From Gammaproteobacteria bacterium (GTDB taxonomy: Bacteria > Pseudomonadota > Gammaproteobacteria > Pseudomonadales > Pseudohongiellaceae): a stretch of DNA of 46,632 bases. Of this stretch, positions 1 to 9,290 are shown piece by piece. A model generated the notes under the pieces. That model was not told where the DNA came from. It saw only the letters and a program-made list of their open reading frames with translations, and did no database searches. The translations under genes were made by a program, and so were the position numbers. The stretch lies in the NCBI GenBank assembly GCA_038104835.1, contig JAYOBL010000004.1:30953-77584 (forward strand), read 5' to 3'. Numbering within the stretch: the first letter of the stretch is position 1; the number at the start of each line of letters is the position of its first letter.

Positions 1-1
1 C

Positions 2-490
2 CCTACGCTGTTGCGCGCGGGGCGGCATTTTCCAAACAACGGTGCGCAGCTGCGCGCCGCGCTAAACGACAAAGAGCTGAGCCTTGCGTTCGCGTTCAAT
101 CCGAATGAAGTCACGAGCGCCATCGCTCGCGGAGATCTCGCGGCGACGACGCGCAGCTATGTTTTCGATCAAGGTACGCTCAGCAACGTAAGCTTCGTTG
201 CGATTCCTTTCAACGCGCCCAGCAAAGCTGCTGCACAAGTCACTGCCAACTTTCTTCTAGCGCCGGAGGTTCAGTTCGCGGCAGCTATTAACCCGCTGCT
301 GGCGAGCCAGCCTGTGATTCCCTTTAATCGCTTTAGCACTGCCCAGCGGCAACAGCTGGCACGCCAAGCTAAAGCGCCCGGCAGCGTGCATCCGCAGGAG
401 CTCAGTCGCACCTTGCACGAGCCCCATCCGCAGTGGACTGTAGCGCTAGAGAGTGAGTGGCTCGCGCGCTACGAGGGCGGGCGTAAGTGA
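2..490 (+). CDS. ABC transporter periplasmic substrate-binding protein, C-terminal fragment (5' end lies outside the window), YnjB-like
   Basis: The frame is open from base 2 with no upstream stop. The tail (FVAIPFNAPSKAAAQVTANFLLAPEVQ) looks like a solute-binding protein. The stop TGA at 488-490 overlaps the GTG start of the next gene (GTGA), which indicates a translationally coupled operon. Confidence 0.7.
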   Translation, partial: PTLLRAGRHFPNNGAQLRAALNDKELSLAFAFNPNEVTSAIARGDLAATTRSYVFDQGTLSNVSFVAIPFNAPSKAAAQVTANFLLAPEVQFAAAINPLLASQPVIPFNRFSTAQRQQLARQAKAPGSVHPQELSRTLHEPHPQWTVALESEWLARYEGGRK

Positions 491-2178
491 ACACTCTTCA
501 GCCGCGCAATAGACCGGCGCAGTTCCTCGCCTACTTTCTTTTACTTATCCTTGGCTTTGCGCTTGCGATGGGCAGTGGCCTTGCGTTCTACCCCGCGTTT
601 TTCCCTCAGTACAGCGAGCCCTTTGCTCAGCTGTTTGTAACTCCGGGTATCGCGCGAAGTACAGTGGTGAGCCTCGTCGCGGGCCTGCTCACGCCAGCGG
701 CCTCGCTGGCGAGCGTTTTTCTTTTTCTAGCCGCAACGCAGGGCAGCAAACTCGGCCGCTGGATCTCACAGTTGGCAGCGCCCGTACTCGCGATACCCCA
801 CGCAGCCGCTGCATTTGGCCTGCTTGTTCTGCTATCGCCCACCGGCGTAGTCAGTCGGGCCGTCGCTTCGCTTATGCAGTGGCAGACGCCGCCGGACGTG
901 CTATTTCCCAACGACAGCCTTGGCTTGGCTTTCGTGGCGGGCCTTACCTTAAAAGAAATTCCTTTCCTGCTATTCGTTTCACTCGCCCTGCTGCCGAGCT
1001 TAGACGCGCCGCGGCGAGTGGCACTCGCTCGCACCCTAGGACATACGCCGACAGCCGCATGGCTGCTTAGCGTCGCGCCCGCCCTATACGGGCTTATCCG
1101 CTTGCCCGTTTTCGCGGTTATTGTTTTCGCGTCGTCTGCGGTCGACGTGGCTCTGATTCTCGGCCCTAGTTTACCGCCCACCCTCGCCGTGCGGCTGCTC
1201 GAATGGTTTAGCTCGCCAGAGTCTGGTGCAAGGGAGCTCGCTGCCGCTGCTGCCGTGCTGCAGTTGGGCGTCACACTCACAGCGCTCGCTTGTTGGGTTT
1301 TACTCGAGAAGTGCGCGGCTCGAATCTATCGCCGATTCGCTGAACGCGGACCTTTCCGCTTTGAGGATAGCGTGCGCGAGGCAGTGCTAAAAGTGTGTGG
1401 TCTTTCCCTGTTGCCCATGGCGTTGCTGCTGAGTTTTGCCAGTCTCTTTGCGCTGCTGCTTGCGAGCCTAGCTAAGCCTTGGCGCTACCCTGCCCTGCTG
1501 CCTGCGGACTGGAGCGCTGCAAGCTGGTCGCAGGCGCTCAATTCGCTCGCGGCGCCCTTGGGCAATGCCCTTGCAATCGCTCTGCTATCGGTTGCGCTGG
1601 CCGTGCTCGTTGCGGTTTTGTTTTTAGAGGCGATCCCGAAGCAAGCCTGGTTTAATCGCTATGCGGCGCTGCTGTTGTCGCTGCCCCTGCTCGTCCCGCA
1701 GTTAGTTTTCCTATCCGGCTTTACCTTGTTGTTCGAGGAGCTCAGGATAGCGCCAGCGCTTGGAACGGTTATTGTTGGCCACTTCTTTTTCGTTCTGCCT
1801 TATATTTATTTGACCCTGCGCACTGCCTATCTCAGCCTCGACTCGCGGTGGATGCAGCTCGCGGCGACTCTCGGAGCCACGCGCACTCAGCGTTTCCTTC
1901 GCGTGCGTTTGCCGCTGTTGAGCTCTGCGCTACTCACGGCCACAATGCTTGGCGCTGCGATTAGCTTGAGCCTGTATCTCCCCACTCAGCTACTTGGGGC
2001 GGGCCGCGTTGCTACGATTACGACCGAAGCGCTCGCGCTCGCTACTAGCGGCGAACGCACTACCATAGGAGTCTGGGCGCTTCTGCAGGCCGCAGTGCCG
2101 GTTTGTTTTTATTCGCTTGCTCTCGCGCTGCCGCCTGTTATTTGGTCGCAACGCAAAGGAATGTTGAAGGGTCTATGA
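487..2178 (+). CDS. ABC transporter permease, fused two-module type (YnjC-like)
   Basis: 563-aa, very hydrophobic polytopic protein. Two EAA-like permease loops are present (ARTLGHTPTAAWLLSVAP and AATLGATRTQRFLRVRLP), implying a duplicated membrane domain as in E. coli YnjC. GTGA overlap with the upstream gene and ATGA overlap with the downstream ATPase gene. Confidence 0.85.
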   Translation: MNTLQPRNRPAQFLAYFLLLILGFALAMGSGLAFYPAFFPQYSEPFAQLFVTPGIARSTVVSLVAGLLTPAASLASVFLFLAATQGSKLGRWISQLAAPVLAIPHAAAAFGLLVLLSPTGVVSRAVASLMQWQTPPDVLFPNDSLGLAFVAGLTLKEIPFLLFVSLALLPSLDAPRRVALARTLGHTPTAAWLLSVAPALYGLIRLPVFAVIVFASSAVDVALILGPSLPPTLAVRLLEWFSSPESGARELAAAAAVLQLGVTLTALACWVLLEKCAARIYRRFAERGPFRFEDSVREAVLKVCGLSLLPMALLLSFASLFALLLASLAKPWRYPALLPADWSAASWSQALNSLAAPLGNALAIALLSVALAVLVAVLFLEAIPKQAWFNRYAALLLSLPLLVPQLVFLSGFTLLFEELRIAPALGTVIVGHFFFVLPYIYLTLRTAYLSLDSRWMQLAATLGATRTQRFLRVRLPLLSSALLTATMLGAAISLSLYLPTQLLGAGRVATITTEALALATSGERTTIGVWALLQAAVPVCFYSLALALPPVIWSQRKGMLKGL

Positions 2179-2807
2179 TGACTACCGTACTCGAACTGGA
2201 AGACCATTCGATCAGCCTGCAGGAACGGCGATTGTTCACGCTCTCCATGGCGATACGCGGCGGCGAGGTGGCTACTGTCATGGGCGCGTCGGGCTCTGGC
2301 AAGTCCTCCCTGCTCGCATCCATCGCGGGTTTTCTCGATCCGGTTTTTACCGCTGCAGGCAGCATTAAACTAAACGGTGAGGACCTAAGCGCGAAGCCGG
2401 CGGAAAAGAGACAGATTGGGTTGCTGTTCCAAGATGCGCTCCTGTATCCGCACTTAAGCGTGGGGGGGAATCTCCTGTTCGGACTGCCCCACGGCCTCAC
2501 GGCAGCTCAGCGCAGAGAAAGGGTCGAGCAAGCGCTGGACTCCGTCGGCTTGGCTGGCTTTTACGATCGCGACCCGGCGACGCTCTCCGGTGGTCAGCAG
2601 TCTCGGGTTGCCCTTATGCGACTGCTGCTGTCCGAACCCAAAGCCGTTTTGCTCGACGAACCCTTTGCCAACCTAGACGCCCAATTAAGAACGCAAACGC
2701 GAGACCTCGTTTTCGAAACACTCAAGGCAGCGAGCATTCCAGCGCTACTAGTGACCCACGATCGGCAAGACGCGGACGCGGCGCAGGGACAGCTTTTCGA
2801 ACTGTGA
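2175..2807 (+). CDS. ABC transporter ATP-binding protein, short form without a regulatory C-domain (YnjD-like)
   Basis: Walker A GASGSGKSS, ABC signature LSGGQQSRV, Walker B VLLDEPF and an H-loop VTHD. I chose the ATG at 2175 because it overlaps the permease stop (ATGA); the ORF-track start at 2103 lies inside the permease gene. Confidence 0.9.
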   Translation: MMTTVLELEDHSISLQERRLFTLSMAIRGGEVATVMGASGSGKSSLLASIAGFLDPVFTAAGSIKLNGEDLSAKPAEKRQIGLLFQDALLYPHLSVGGNLLFGLPHGLTAAQRRERVEQALDSVGLAGFYDRDPATLSGGQQSRVALMRLLLSEPKAVLLDEPFANLDAQLRTQTRDLVFETLKAASIPALLVTHDRQDADAAQGQLFEL

Positions 2808-3083
2808 GCCCGTGACTTCGTGATCACCGAAGCGCTCTACTTGTGCACAGTTTTTTAGCCACTCCTTTAATCGATTCTCTAACCCCTCTCTCTAATTTCT
2901 TCTCCAACCCTTCCTCTAACCCTTCTTCAGCTTATTCAGAGACCCGAAATAGATTCGCAAAATTTGCTCCAAACCCCTGATTTGACGATAAATTACAGTT
3001 ATTAGCTTTGTGATTCCGCTCACGGTTTGCGTCAGACTCATCCTACACACTCTCTTTCCCGCAACTGGAAGTAGTAAGGATTA

Positions 3084-4319
3084 GTGATCATGGGTAAATC
3101 GATGAGTAGACCTCGGCTCTTAATAGTCGATGACAATCAGGATATTTGCGACTTCCTGCGTCTCGTCAGCGAAGGCTTTGACTTCGATATCATAGAAGTC
3201 ACCTCCGCCACCGCAGCCATTCAGACCGTCACGCAGTTCAAACCCAATTTAATATTTCTAGATCTCTGCATGCCAGACATGGACGGTGTCGAGCTAATCT
3301 CTGAGCTGGCCGCTCAGCGCTGTGATGCGTCTATCTGCCTGGTCAGCGGCATGGACCAGCGCACGCTCAGTTCAGTGCAGTCTCTAGGCACTGATAAGAA
3401 GCTTGACGTGCTTTCGACTCTCACCAAGCCGATGACGATTGACGATGTCGAGGCCGTTATAAAACAGTTTCTAAAAGACGCCTTCTTATCAGCGCCGCCT
3501 GCGCAGCCCAAACAAAACTCCGAGTCATCTTCCATGGCCGGCTTTGGTCTGCAGATCGACTACGAGCCGGAGTTTCACCCCCAGGACGCTGACCACAACG
3601 AGGCTATCTGTCTGCGCGCTAGGCCCTTACTCAGAATGGACACCGGGGCCAGTTTAGAGGAAGCCGGCCTTTATTCTGCGCTTCGCGCCAATCAGTTTGG
3701 CCAGGCATTCTTCAAATCTCAGTGCAGGGAAATTCTTCACCATATTCGTCACTGGCAATCGGTCGGCTTTCATCCGACGGTCACCCTAGGCGTCCCCGCT
3801 TTCATTATTGAAAATGCAGAACTACCGAAACTCATGGAAACGCTACTCAGCGAGCACGGCGTTGCGTCGGGCGCTATCGCCTTTGAACTCTTCGATGCCG
3901 ATTCCGCCGCCATAAATTCGAAGGCTCAGGAGGTGCTGTCTCGGCTCCGTCTCAAGGGTATTCGAATTCGCACGCTACTCAACGATGGCGACGAGACGGC
4001 GCTGAGCGATGCGGACAAACTGCCTATCGATGAGTTTATGGTCGACCTAGGCAGTCTTGCTCAGCGGCTGAGCGATAAAGCCGACATTGAAACCGAGTTC
4101 CTCTACAGCTCATTAAATTCGGTCGCCAACAGGAAAGGGATACGGGTGTGTGCGGCCAACGTGAATACCAGTTCGCTCTACGCGCTCGCACAGCAGTGTC
4201 GTTTTAACGCCCTGCGCGGCTCGAAGGTCTATGTCCCCGTTGCAGCCGCAGATGTTTTAGCCGCCCACGAGAGCGGTCGATTGGAAGAAAGCGGATTTAA
4301 ACTGCTTCAACCCGCCTAG
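3084..4319 (+). CDS. Response regulator: CheY-like receiver domain fused to a degenerate EAL-like domain (RocR-like architecture)
   Basis: The N-terminus carries REC motifs: LIVDDN, the phospho-acceptor context NLIFLDLCMPDMDG, and LTKP. The C-terminal half aligns by eye with EAL domains (YEP for YQP, AFELFD for EITE, NDGDET for DDFGTG, MVD for KLD, AANVN for EGVE). The start may be the ATG at 3090, 9 nt after AAGGA. Confidence 0.75.
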   Translation: MIMGKSMSRPRLLIVDDNQDICDFLRLVSEGFDFDIIEVTSATAAIQTVTQFKPNLIFLDLCMPDMDGVELISELAAQRCDASICLVSGMDQRTLSSVQSLGTDKKLDVLSTLTKPMTIDDVEAVIKQFLKDAFLSAPPAQPKQNSESSSMAGFGLQIDYEPEFHPQDADHNEAICLRARPLLRMDTGASLEEAGLYSALRANQFGQAFFKSQCREILHHIRHWQSVGFHPTVTLGVPAFIIENAELPKLMETLLSEHGVASGAIAFELFDADSAAINSKAQEVLSRLRLKGIRIRTLLNDGDETALSDADKLPIDEFMVDLGSLAQRLSDKADIETEFLYSSLNSVANRKGIRVCAANVNTSSLYALAQQCRFNALRGSKVYVPVAAADVLAAHESGRLEESGFKLLQPA

Positions 4320-4361
4320 TTGGGCAGTTGAACTGCCCACGACGTTCGCCGAGCGTTGCGC

Positions 4362-5543
4362 TTAACGCGCAACCCACGGCGGCTGAATGATCAAACTAGG
4401 ATCGGCATCAGGCTTAGGTACGAATTTTTGTGAGCGCCCGTACTGATTGTCACCGCCATAAAGATTTAGCTCAGAATCCACCGAGAAGGTATGTACCTCG
4501 ATATATCCGTCTGGAAGCTCCCGCGGCACCAGCCAGGTGTAGCGGTAATTACCTTCGAAATCTAAATTGATAAAGCGCAGCGGCCCGAGGTCGGTAATCC
4601 AGATGCTGTCTTCGTTAACGATTATATCGAGAGGCAGCGTGAAGCCGTCCCAGACATCGACAAACTCTACCTCGGCGGGATTACTCGTGGTTCGGAAAAC
4701 ATTGATGCGCCCGTTGGAGCGATCGAGCGCAAAAATTAGGCCGTCCGGACCCACACCAATAGCGTGAATGCCGTTGAATTGCCCAGGCTCCTCGCCGAAG
4801 CCGCCGAACTCTCCAAGATAGTTAAGGTCTTCGTCCATAATCATAATGCGATGATTATCGAGGCCGTCCGCTATCAGCACTCGGCCATCGGGTAGGAAGG
4901 CCACATCCTGCGGCTTGGCAAAATGATTCTCATCATTGCCCGGCACGAGTTTCTCACCCAGTGTCATGAGCAGTTCGCTGCCGTCGTTAGAGAACACATA
5001 GATCGTGTGGAAGGTTTCGTTGATAACCCAAACACGTTTTTCGGGATCGTAGGGGCTAATGCGCACGCGGTGCGGCCCAGGGCCGTCAGAATCGGCGCAG
5101 AGGAAATCCCATTGATCCCACAGCTCAATTACTTCACCTTCGCCGTTGAGTACGTACAGGCAGTTCTGCCAAGTGCGTCGCTCTGTTTCGAACAGCACGT
5201 TAATCCCCATATCGCCAGCAAAACCCAGGAAGTCGTCCTTGATTGGGTAAGGCAACACCGTTTCACCGCGCTGGGCAACGATGATGCGATCGGGAGACTC
5301 GGCCCAGACGCCCGAATTGCCTCCAAAGGCGAAGCCGGGTTCAGCGAACGGCTTATGCCAAAGCGATTCGATAGTGTAGGGACTTGGTCCTATAGGGCCC
5401 CGGGCATTACCTTGCGGCGCGGACTGCGCCGCGGCAAAGGGCGCGCTAAGCAGACTCGCGGAGAGGCCCGCAATCAATAGCGCTGCGCGTTGCAGACCTT
5501 TGAGACTTCTTTGATTCGGCTTTTGCGCCTCGGTAAATTGCAT
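4362..5543 (-). CDS. Exported NHL-repeat six-bladed beta-propeller protein
   Basis: Signal peptide LLIAGLSASLLSAPFAAAQ. Repeated NHL-type blades (PQDVAFLPDGRVLIADGLDNHRIMIMD, FNGIHAIGVGPDGLIFALDRSNGRINVF). The start was moved to the ATG at 5543, which is preceded by GGGAG; the ORF-track start is 5612. Confidence 0.75.
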   Translation of the reverse strand: MQFTEAQKPNQRSLKGLQRAALLIAGLSASLLSAPFAAAQSAPQGNARGPIGPSPYTIESLWHKPFAEPGFAFGGNSGVWAESPDRIIVAQRGETVLPYPIKDDFLGFAGDMGINVLFETERRTWQNCLYVLNGEGEVIELWDQWDFLCADSDGPGPHRVRISPYDPEKRVWVINETFHTIYVFSNDGSELLMTLGEKLVPGNDENHFAKPQDVAFLPDGRVLIADGLDNHRIMIMDEDLNYLGEFGGFGEEPGQFNGIHAIGVGPDGLIFALDRSNGRINVFRTTSNPAEVEFVDVWDGFTLPLDIIVNEDSIWITDLGPLRFINLDFEGNYRYTWLVPRELPDGYIEVHTFSVDSELNLYGGDNQYGRSQKFVPKPDADPSLIIQPPWVAR

Positions 5544-5731
5544 TGTACGGCTCCCATTGATAATTATTATTTGGCACTTTCGATTAACTATTAAACCAAG
5601 CGGTTTCTTCACGGGCTCGCGTTACTCTGCGCCCGACGGTAAATCATTGGATACGCACCATCATCTCAAGCCACTTGCCCTTAGACAACTGGCTTCTTCT
5701 AAGACAAGTTGCTTATGGTCCTCGTTAAACC

Positions 5732-7042
5732 CTACTCGGCGATATCTACGGTCAGCTCGGCCGTAAATAGCATGAGCCTATCCATATCCCTTGCGGCCCA
5801 CGTGAGTAACGTCGCAAGGCTTTCATCTACACGCTTAGACACTTTCTCTTCACCGTTAACGACAACGGTAATTGGCGCCTCGAAATCTATCTCGCTGGGG
5901 CTTAAGAGCAGAGTGAAGCTGTCGACTCCTGACGTATCTACTGTGAAGCGATTCTGTTCGCGGGTCGCGGTAATGACCGCAGGTCGGCCGAAGCCTGTTC
6001 GTTCGTCGATAATAAGCCAATGATTACGATTGTAGACATCTGTGCGGTCGGCAACCCATTGCAAAACATCGGGCAGTGCATCGCGTGGATAGGCGCGCTT
6101 AAAATACTCTATGCGCTCCGCATACTCGCGCATCCAATTTAGATTGTGCCCGCCGTTTTCTATCACCGTGAACTGGTAGTTAACCTTCGCTTCCTCCAGA
6201 ACGTCAACGAAGGGTTGAATAGAGGAGGCTGGGTAAAGAGGGTCGTTCTCGCCGTTGACGATATATAGCGGTTTGTCGCGCAGATTCTCGAAATAGAGCC
6301 GGTAGCCGCCCCCGCTTTGGGGGTTGCGTAGCACAGCCGCATTGCCAATATACGGCAGAAAAGCAGCCCACGGCGTCGGCTGTTTGAAAGCGAAAAAATA
6401 GGCGCCCGTGCCGCCATCGGAAACACCTGTCAGTGTCACGCGATTGTCGTCGACATTGTAGTCGCGCTTGAGCTCCCGCAGGATCGCCGGCAGGTTACGC
6501 GCCTGCTCCTCTTGCCACCACACGGCGTCGCGCCACGCTGCAGGCACTACGGTAATGCGGTCTTCACTGGCAAGAGATTCATAGCCGCCGCGCCAGAACT
6601 CCTCTCCTTCTCCCCAGGCGGGGCGGCCCACACCGCCATGCAGGAGAAACTCAACAGGATAGCGCCGCGAGGCATCGTAGGTCTGCGGCACGATAAAGGC
6701 GTAGCGCAGCGTGAGGCCCGATTCACTGACGCGACTGCCCAGCACAACCCCGGTCGGTACATCGCTGCGGTGCAGTCTGCCGCCAGCCAGCTCACGGAAC
6801 ACAGATCGGGCAGGCGCAGCGTTGGCAAGCAGCGCCTGCGCTGCCTCGTCCCTCGCCGCGTCATCCGCCGCGTGCCAGAACGCCTCGACCTGAGCCGACA
6901 CAGGCATCTGCGTGCCCTCTGCAGCGAAGCTCGTGGCAGGACTCAAAGCCAGCGTGAGGCTAATAAGCAAGGCGGAAGACAGCAGGGCCTTAAAACTCGC
7001 GCGTTTAAGGCTAGGACGATCTGAATAAGAGGCTGAAAACAA
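5732..7042 (-). CDS. Secreted alpha/beta-fold hydrolase (esterase / S9-like serine hydrolase) with an extra C-terminal domain
   Basis: Signal peptide ending ATSFAAEG. Nucleophile elbow GVSDGG, an acid in NGENDPLYP and a His in ENGGHN, which fits a Ser-Asp-His triad order. Confidence 0.7.
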   Translation of the reverse strand: MFSASYSDRPSLKRASFKALLSSALLISLTLALSPATSFAAEGTQMPVSAQVEAFWHAADDAARDEAAQALLANAAPARSVFRELAGGRLHRSDVPTGVVLGSRVSESGLTLRYAFIVPQTYDASRRYPVEFLLHGGVGRPAWGEGEEFWRGGYESLASEDRITVVPAAWRDAVWWQEEQARNLPAILRELKRDYNVDDNRVTLTGVSDGGTGAYFFAFKQPTPWAAFLPYIGNAAVLRNPQSGGGYRLYFENLRDKPLYIVNGENDPLYPASSIQPFVDVLEEAKVNYQFTVIENGGHNLNWMREYAERIEYFKRAYPRDALPDVLQWVADRTDVYNRNHWLIIDERTGFGRPAVITATREQNRFTVDTSGVDSFTLLLSPSEIDFEAPITVVVNGEEKVSKRVDESLATLLTWAARDMDRLMLFTAELTVDIAE

Positions 7043-7161
7043 GTCGATTCTCCTCTGTTACGACTGCCAGAAGAGTAGGCAGCTGGCCACGGCTTGTCTA
7101 GCGCTTTGCCAGTTTATCCGCTCTCTAATCTAGTTTAGAGTATCCCCACGGCGGGTTTCAG

Positions 7162-8076
7162 GTGCTCCTGCGTATAACCGGCCTAGCCCAGCGGATTGTC
7201 CTTCACAGTGAGAAGATAGGAATTAGCGTGTTTGTAACCGCCACACTCGCCGCCATTCTCGCCGCCATGGCTTTTGCACTCCTGACCGAAGCCGGCAGAG
7301 ACTTGCTCCGCTCGCTAGCCCGCGTAATCTGGCGCAACCGCGGCTTCACTCTGCTCGTGGCCGCTCTCGCTTGGTTAGCCCTTGCAAGCCAGACTCAAGC
7401 AGCCGACTCGCAGAAGCTTCAGGTGCTAGATCTCGACGCGCCGCTGCGGCTTGATTTCAGCGGCTTCTGGGAAAAGGACTTTCGCCGCAGTGATAACTGG
7501 CAGGACGAGCTAAACCGCAATCTCCGCCTTCGGCAAGAGGCCGCCGCAAGACAAAGTTCGAGCCCGGGTTCAGGCAGGCGCGTGAGCGTTCCGCCTATCT
7601 CAATAGGCAATATTAATCTCAACCGCTCGCGCGGGCGCGGCGCTAACATCGTCGACCTCGCTCGTCTTGCTGAATACATCAGCCGCCAGACCACGCTGCG
7701 CATTACGCAGACCCGCGGCGAGGTGCGCATCGAGAGGCGCGGGGATTCGACACTGGTATGCGGGACAGACTGGGAAGTAGAACAAACCTTTGTCAGTGAA
7801 CACGGAGTGGAGGCCTGCGGCTGGGACGGCGCGCAGCTGGTGTTTCAAACCATGCTGCCGGACGATCTCATCATCGTTCATCGCTTTAGCGTCTCCGCGG
7901 ATGGCCAGCTGCTCAATCTGATCACCTCGGTAATCAGCAAGGGCTCGGAGTCCTTCGACCTCATTCACGCATTTAATCGCTACGACGCTCCGCCGCAGGA
8001 ATTCGACTGCGAACAAACCCTAAGCCGCGGACGAGTGTGCAGCCAAAATGGCTCGCGCAGTGAGGCGACGCAGTGA
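7162..8076 (+). CDS. Hypothetical membrane/exported protein
   Basis: Long ORF with two N-terminal hydrophobic segments, the second ending in the signal-like AXA sequence SQTQA-AD. An alternative start is the GTG at 7228, after AGGA. The stop overlaps the start of the next gene (GTGA at 8073-8076). I recognised no family. Confidence 0.55.
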   Translation: MLLRITGLAQRIVLHSEKIGISVFVTATLAAILAAMAFALLTEAGRDLLRSLARVIWRNRGFTLLVAALAWLALASQTQAADSQKLQVLDLDAPLRLDFSGFWEKDFRRSDNWQDELNRNLRLRQEAAARQSSSPGSGRRVSVPPISIGNINLNRSRGRGANIVDLARLAEYISRQTTLRITQTRGEVRIERRGDSTLVCGTDWEVEQTFVSEHGVEACGWDGAQLVFQTMLPDDLIIVHRFSVSADGQLLNLITSVISKGSESFDLIHAFNRYDAPPQEFDCEQTLSRGRVCSQNGSRSEATQ

Positions 8077-9257
8077 CGCTTCTTGCGCGCAGTATTTTTG
8101 CGCTGACCGTTTGCCTGCTGGGCGCCTGCGCGCAGCAAAACACCCTGCCCCCAGATACCCGCGCGGAGGACGCCCGCGCCGCGCGCCCTACGATCGAAGC
8201 CGTCGGTTCGGTTGAGCTGAAAAAATCCGGTCTAAACGAAGACCTCGGTCGCCAGATCGACATCGGCATCGTGCCCTTCACAACCAGCGAAGAGACGAGC
8301 GCACGCAGCGGTTTCGGCGAATGGATTTTTGACGAGATTAAAGAGAAAGAGACGCAGTTTTTGCCTCATCTGCTGAGTCGCGCACTAATTGAGTCGGACC
8401 TGTGGGGTGCCGTGCGCGTGGTGCCGACGGCGGATCCTTCGCTGCCACTGACTATTGAAGGCGAGATACTCAGCTCCAACGGCCTAGACCTCGCGCTCCA
8501 CATAAAGGCCACTGACAGCAGCGGCAAAGTTTGGCTTGACCGTGATTACGCCGATGTCGCGGCGCTCGGTGACTACCCCGAATCGACTCGCTTTACCTAC
8601 GGCAACCGCTTCGACTCCGCCAACTACGTAGACCCCTTTCATGATCTTTATAAACGCGTGGCTAATGATCTTTTAGCTGTGCGCGACTCGATGTCTGCAG
8701 ACTCGCTGCAAGGAACCCTGCAGCTTGCCGAGATGGTCTATGCGCGCGACCTTGCGCCCGGACGTTTTACCGATTCGCTGAGTGAGAACGAAGAGGGCCT
8801 TTTGGAGCTGGTGAGCCTGCCGGCACAGGACGACCCGATGCTGGCGCGCGTGGCCGATATGCGTCAGCGCCACCTCGTCTTTATCGATACCGTTGATGAG
8901 TACTACCAAACACTTTATGAGGATATTCAAGCGGCCTACGTGCTGTGGCGCCGCTATTCGCTGGATCAAACTCAAGAGACGCTAGAACGTGACCAGCAGC
9001 CCGAAACGTCGATGAGCTACGGAGATTCGCGCAGCTTCCTAGCCCTAAGCCAGCGCTACGATCGCTTTAAATGGAGCAAGATTTACGAGCACGAGTTCAC
9101 CGAACTCGCAGCAGGCTTCAACAACGAACTCGCCCCCGCCATGCTCGAACTCAACGGCCAGGTGCATGGGCTATCGGGCACTATGGAACAGCAGTACCGA
9201 GAATGGCGCGGCATACTGCGAGCGCTTTTCGAGCTGGAAAATCAGCCCTTGAACTAA
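8073..9257 (+). CDS. Hypothetical lipoprotein
   Basis: Lipobox LLGAC at the N-terminus. Translationally coupled to the upstream ORF. The N-terminal domain pattern (IGIVPF..S......G) resembles LpoB/CsgG-type lipoprotein folds, by eye only. Confidence 0.6.
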   Translation: MTLLARSIFALTVCLLGACAQQNTLPPDTRAEDARAARPTIEAVGSVELKKSGLNEDLGRQIDIGIVPFTTSEETSARSGFGEWIFDEIKEKETQFLPHLLSRALIESDLWGAVRVVPTADPSLPLTIEGEILSSNGLDLALHIKATDSSGKVWLDRDYADVAALGDYPESTRFTYGNRFDSANYVDPFHDLYKRVANDLLAVRDSMSADSLQGTLQLAEMVYARDLAPGRFTDSLSENEEGLLELVSLPAQDDPMLARVADMRQRHLVFIDTVDEYYQTLYEDIQAAYVLWRRYSLDQTQETLERDQQPETSMSYGDSRSFLALSQRYDRFKWSKIYEHEFTELAAGFNNELAPAMLELNGQVHGLSGTMEQQYREWRGILRALFELENQPLN

Positions 9258-9290
9258 CCGCTGCAGCAGGCCGCCGTCGCTATTCGCCGC

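Noticed and set aside
2103-2174. N-terminal extensions in the ORF track: 2103 for the ATPase, 5612 for the NHL protein, 10859, 11573, 15303, 17559, and 40757 for gltD.
   Set aside because: The downstream ATG codons have proper Shine-Dalgarno spacing or stop/start overlaps and give canonical N-termini (signal peptides, [10 protein letters not shown] for GltD). The extensions overlap neighbouring genes or lack an RBS.
2808-2860. A possible terminator after the ABC ATPase gene: palindromes GTGATCAC and TGTGCACA followed by TTTTTT at 2851-2856.
   Set aside because: The 8-bp palindromes leave no loop, so they cannot form a stable hairpin. The only real stem (CTTCG/CGAAG) is 5 bp and lies 24 nt from the T-tract, so I could not support a terminator call.
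5572-5586. A TGGCAC hexamer resembling the -24 element of a sigma54 promoter.
   Set aside because: The -12 position reads ATTA instead of TTGC. The element is on the plus strand, where no downstream plus-strand gene exists, because both neighbours are on the minus strand.
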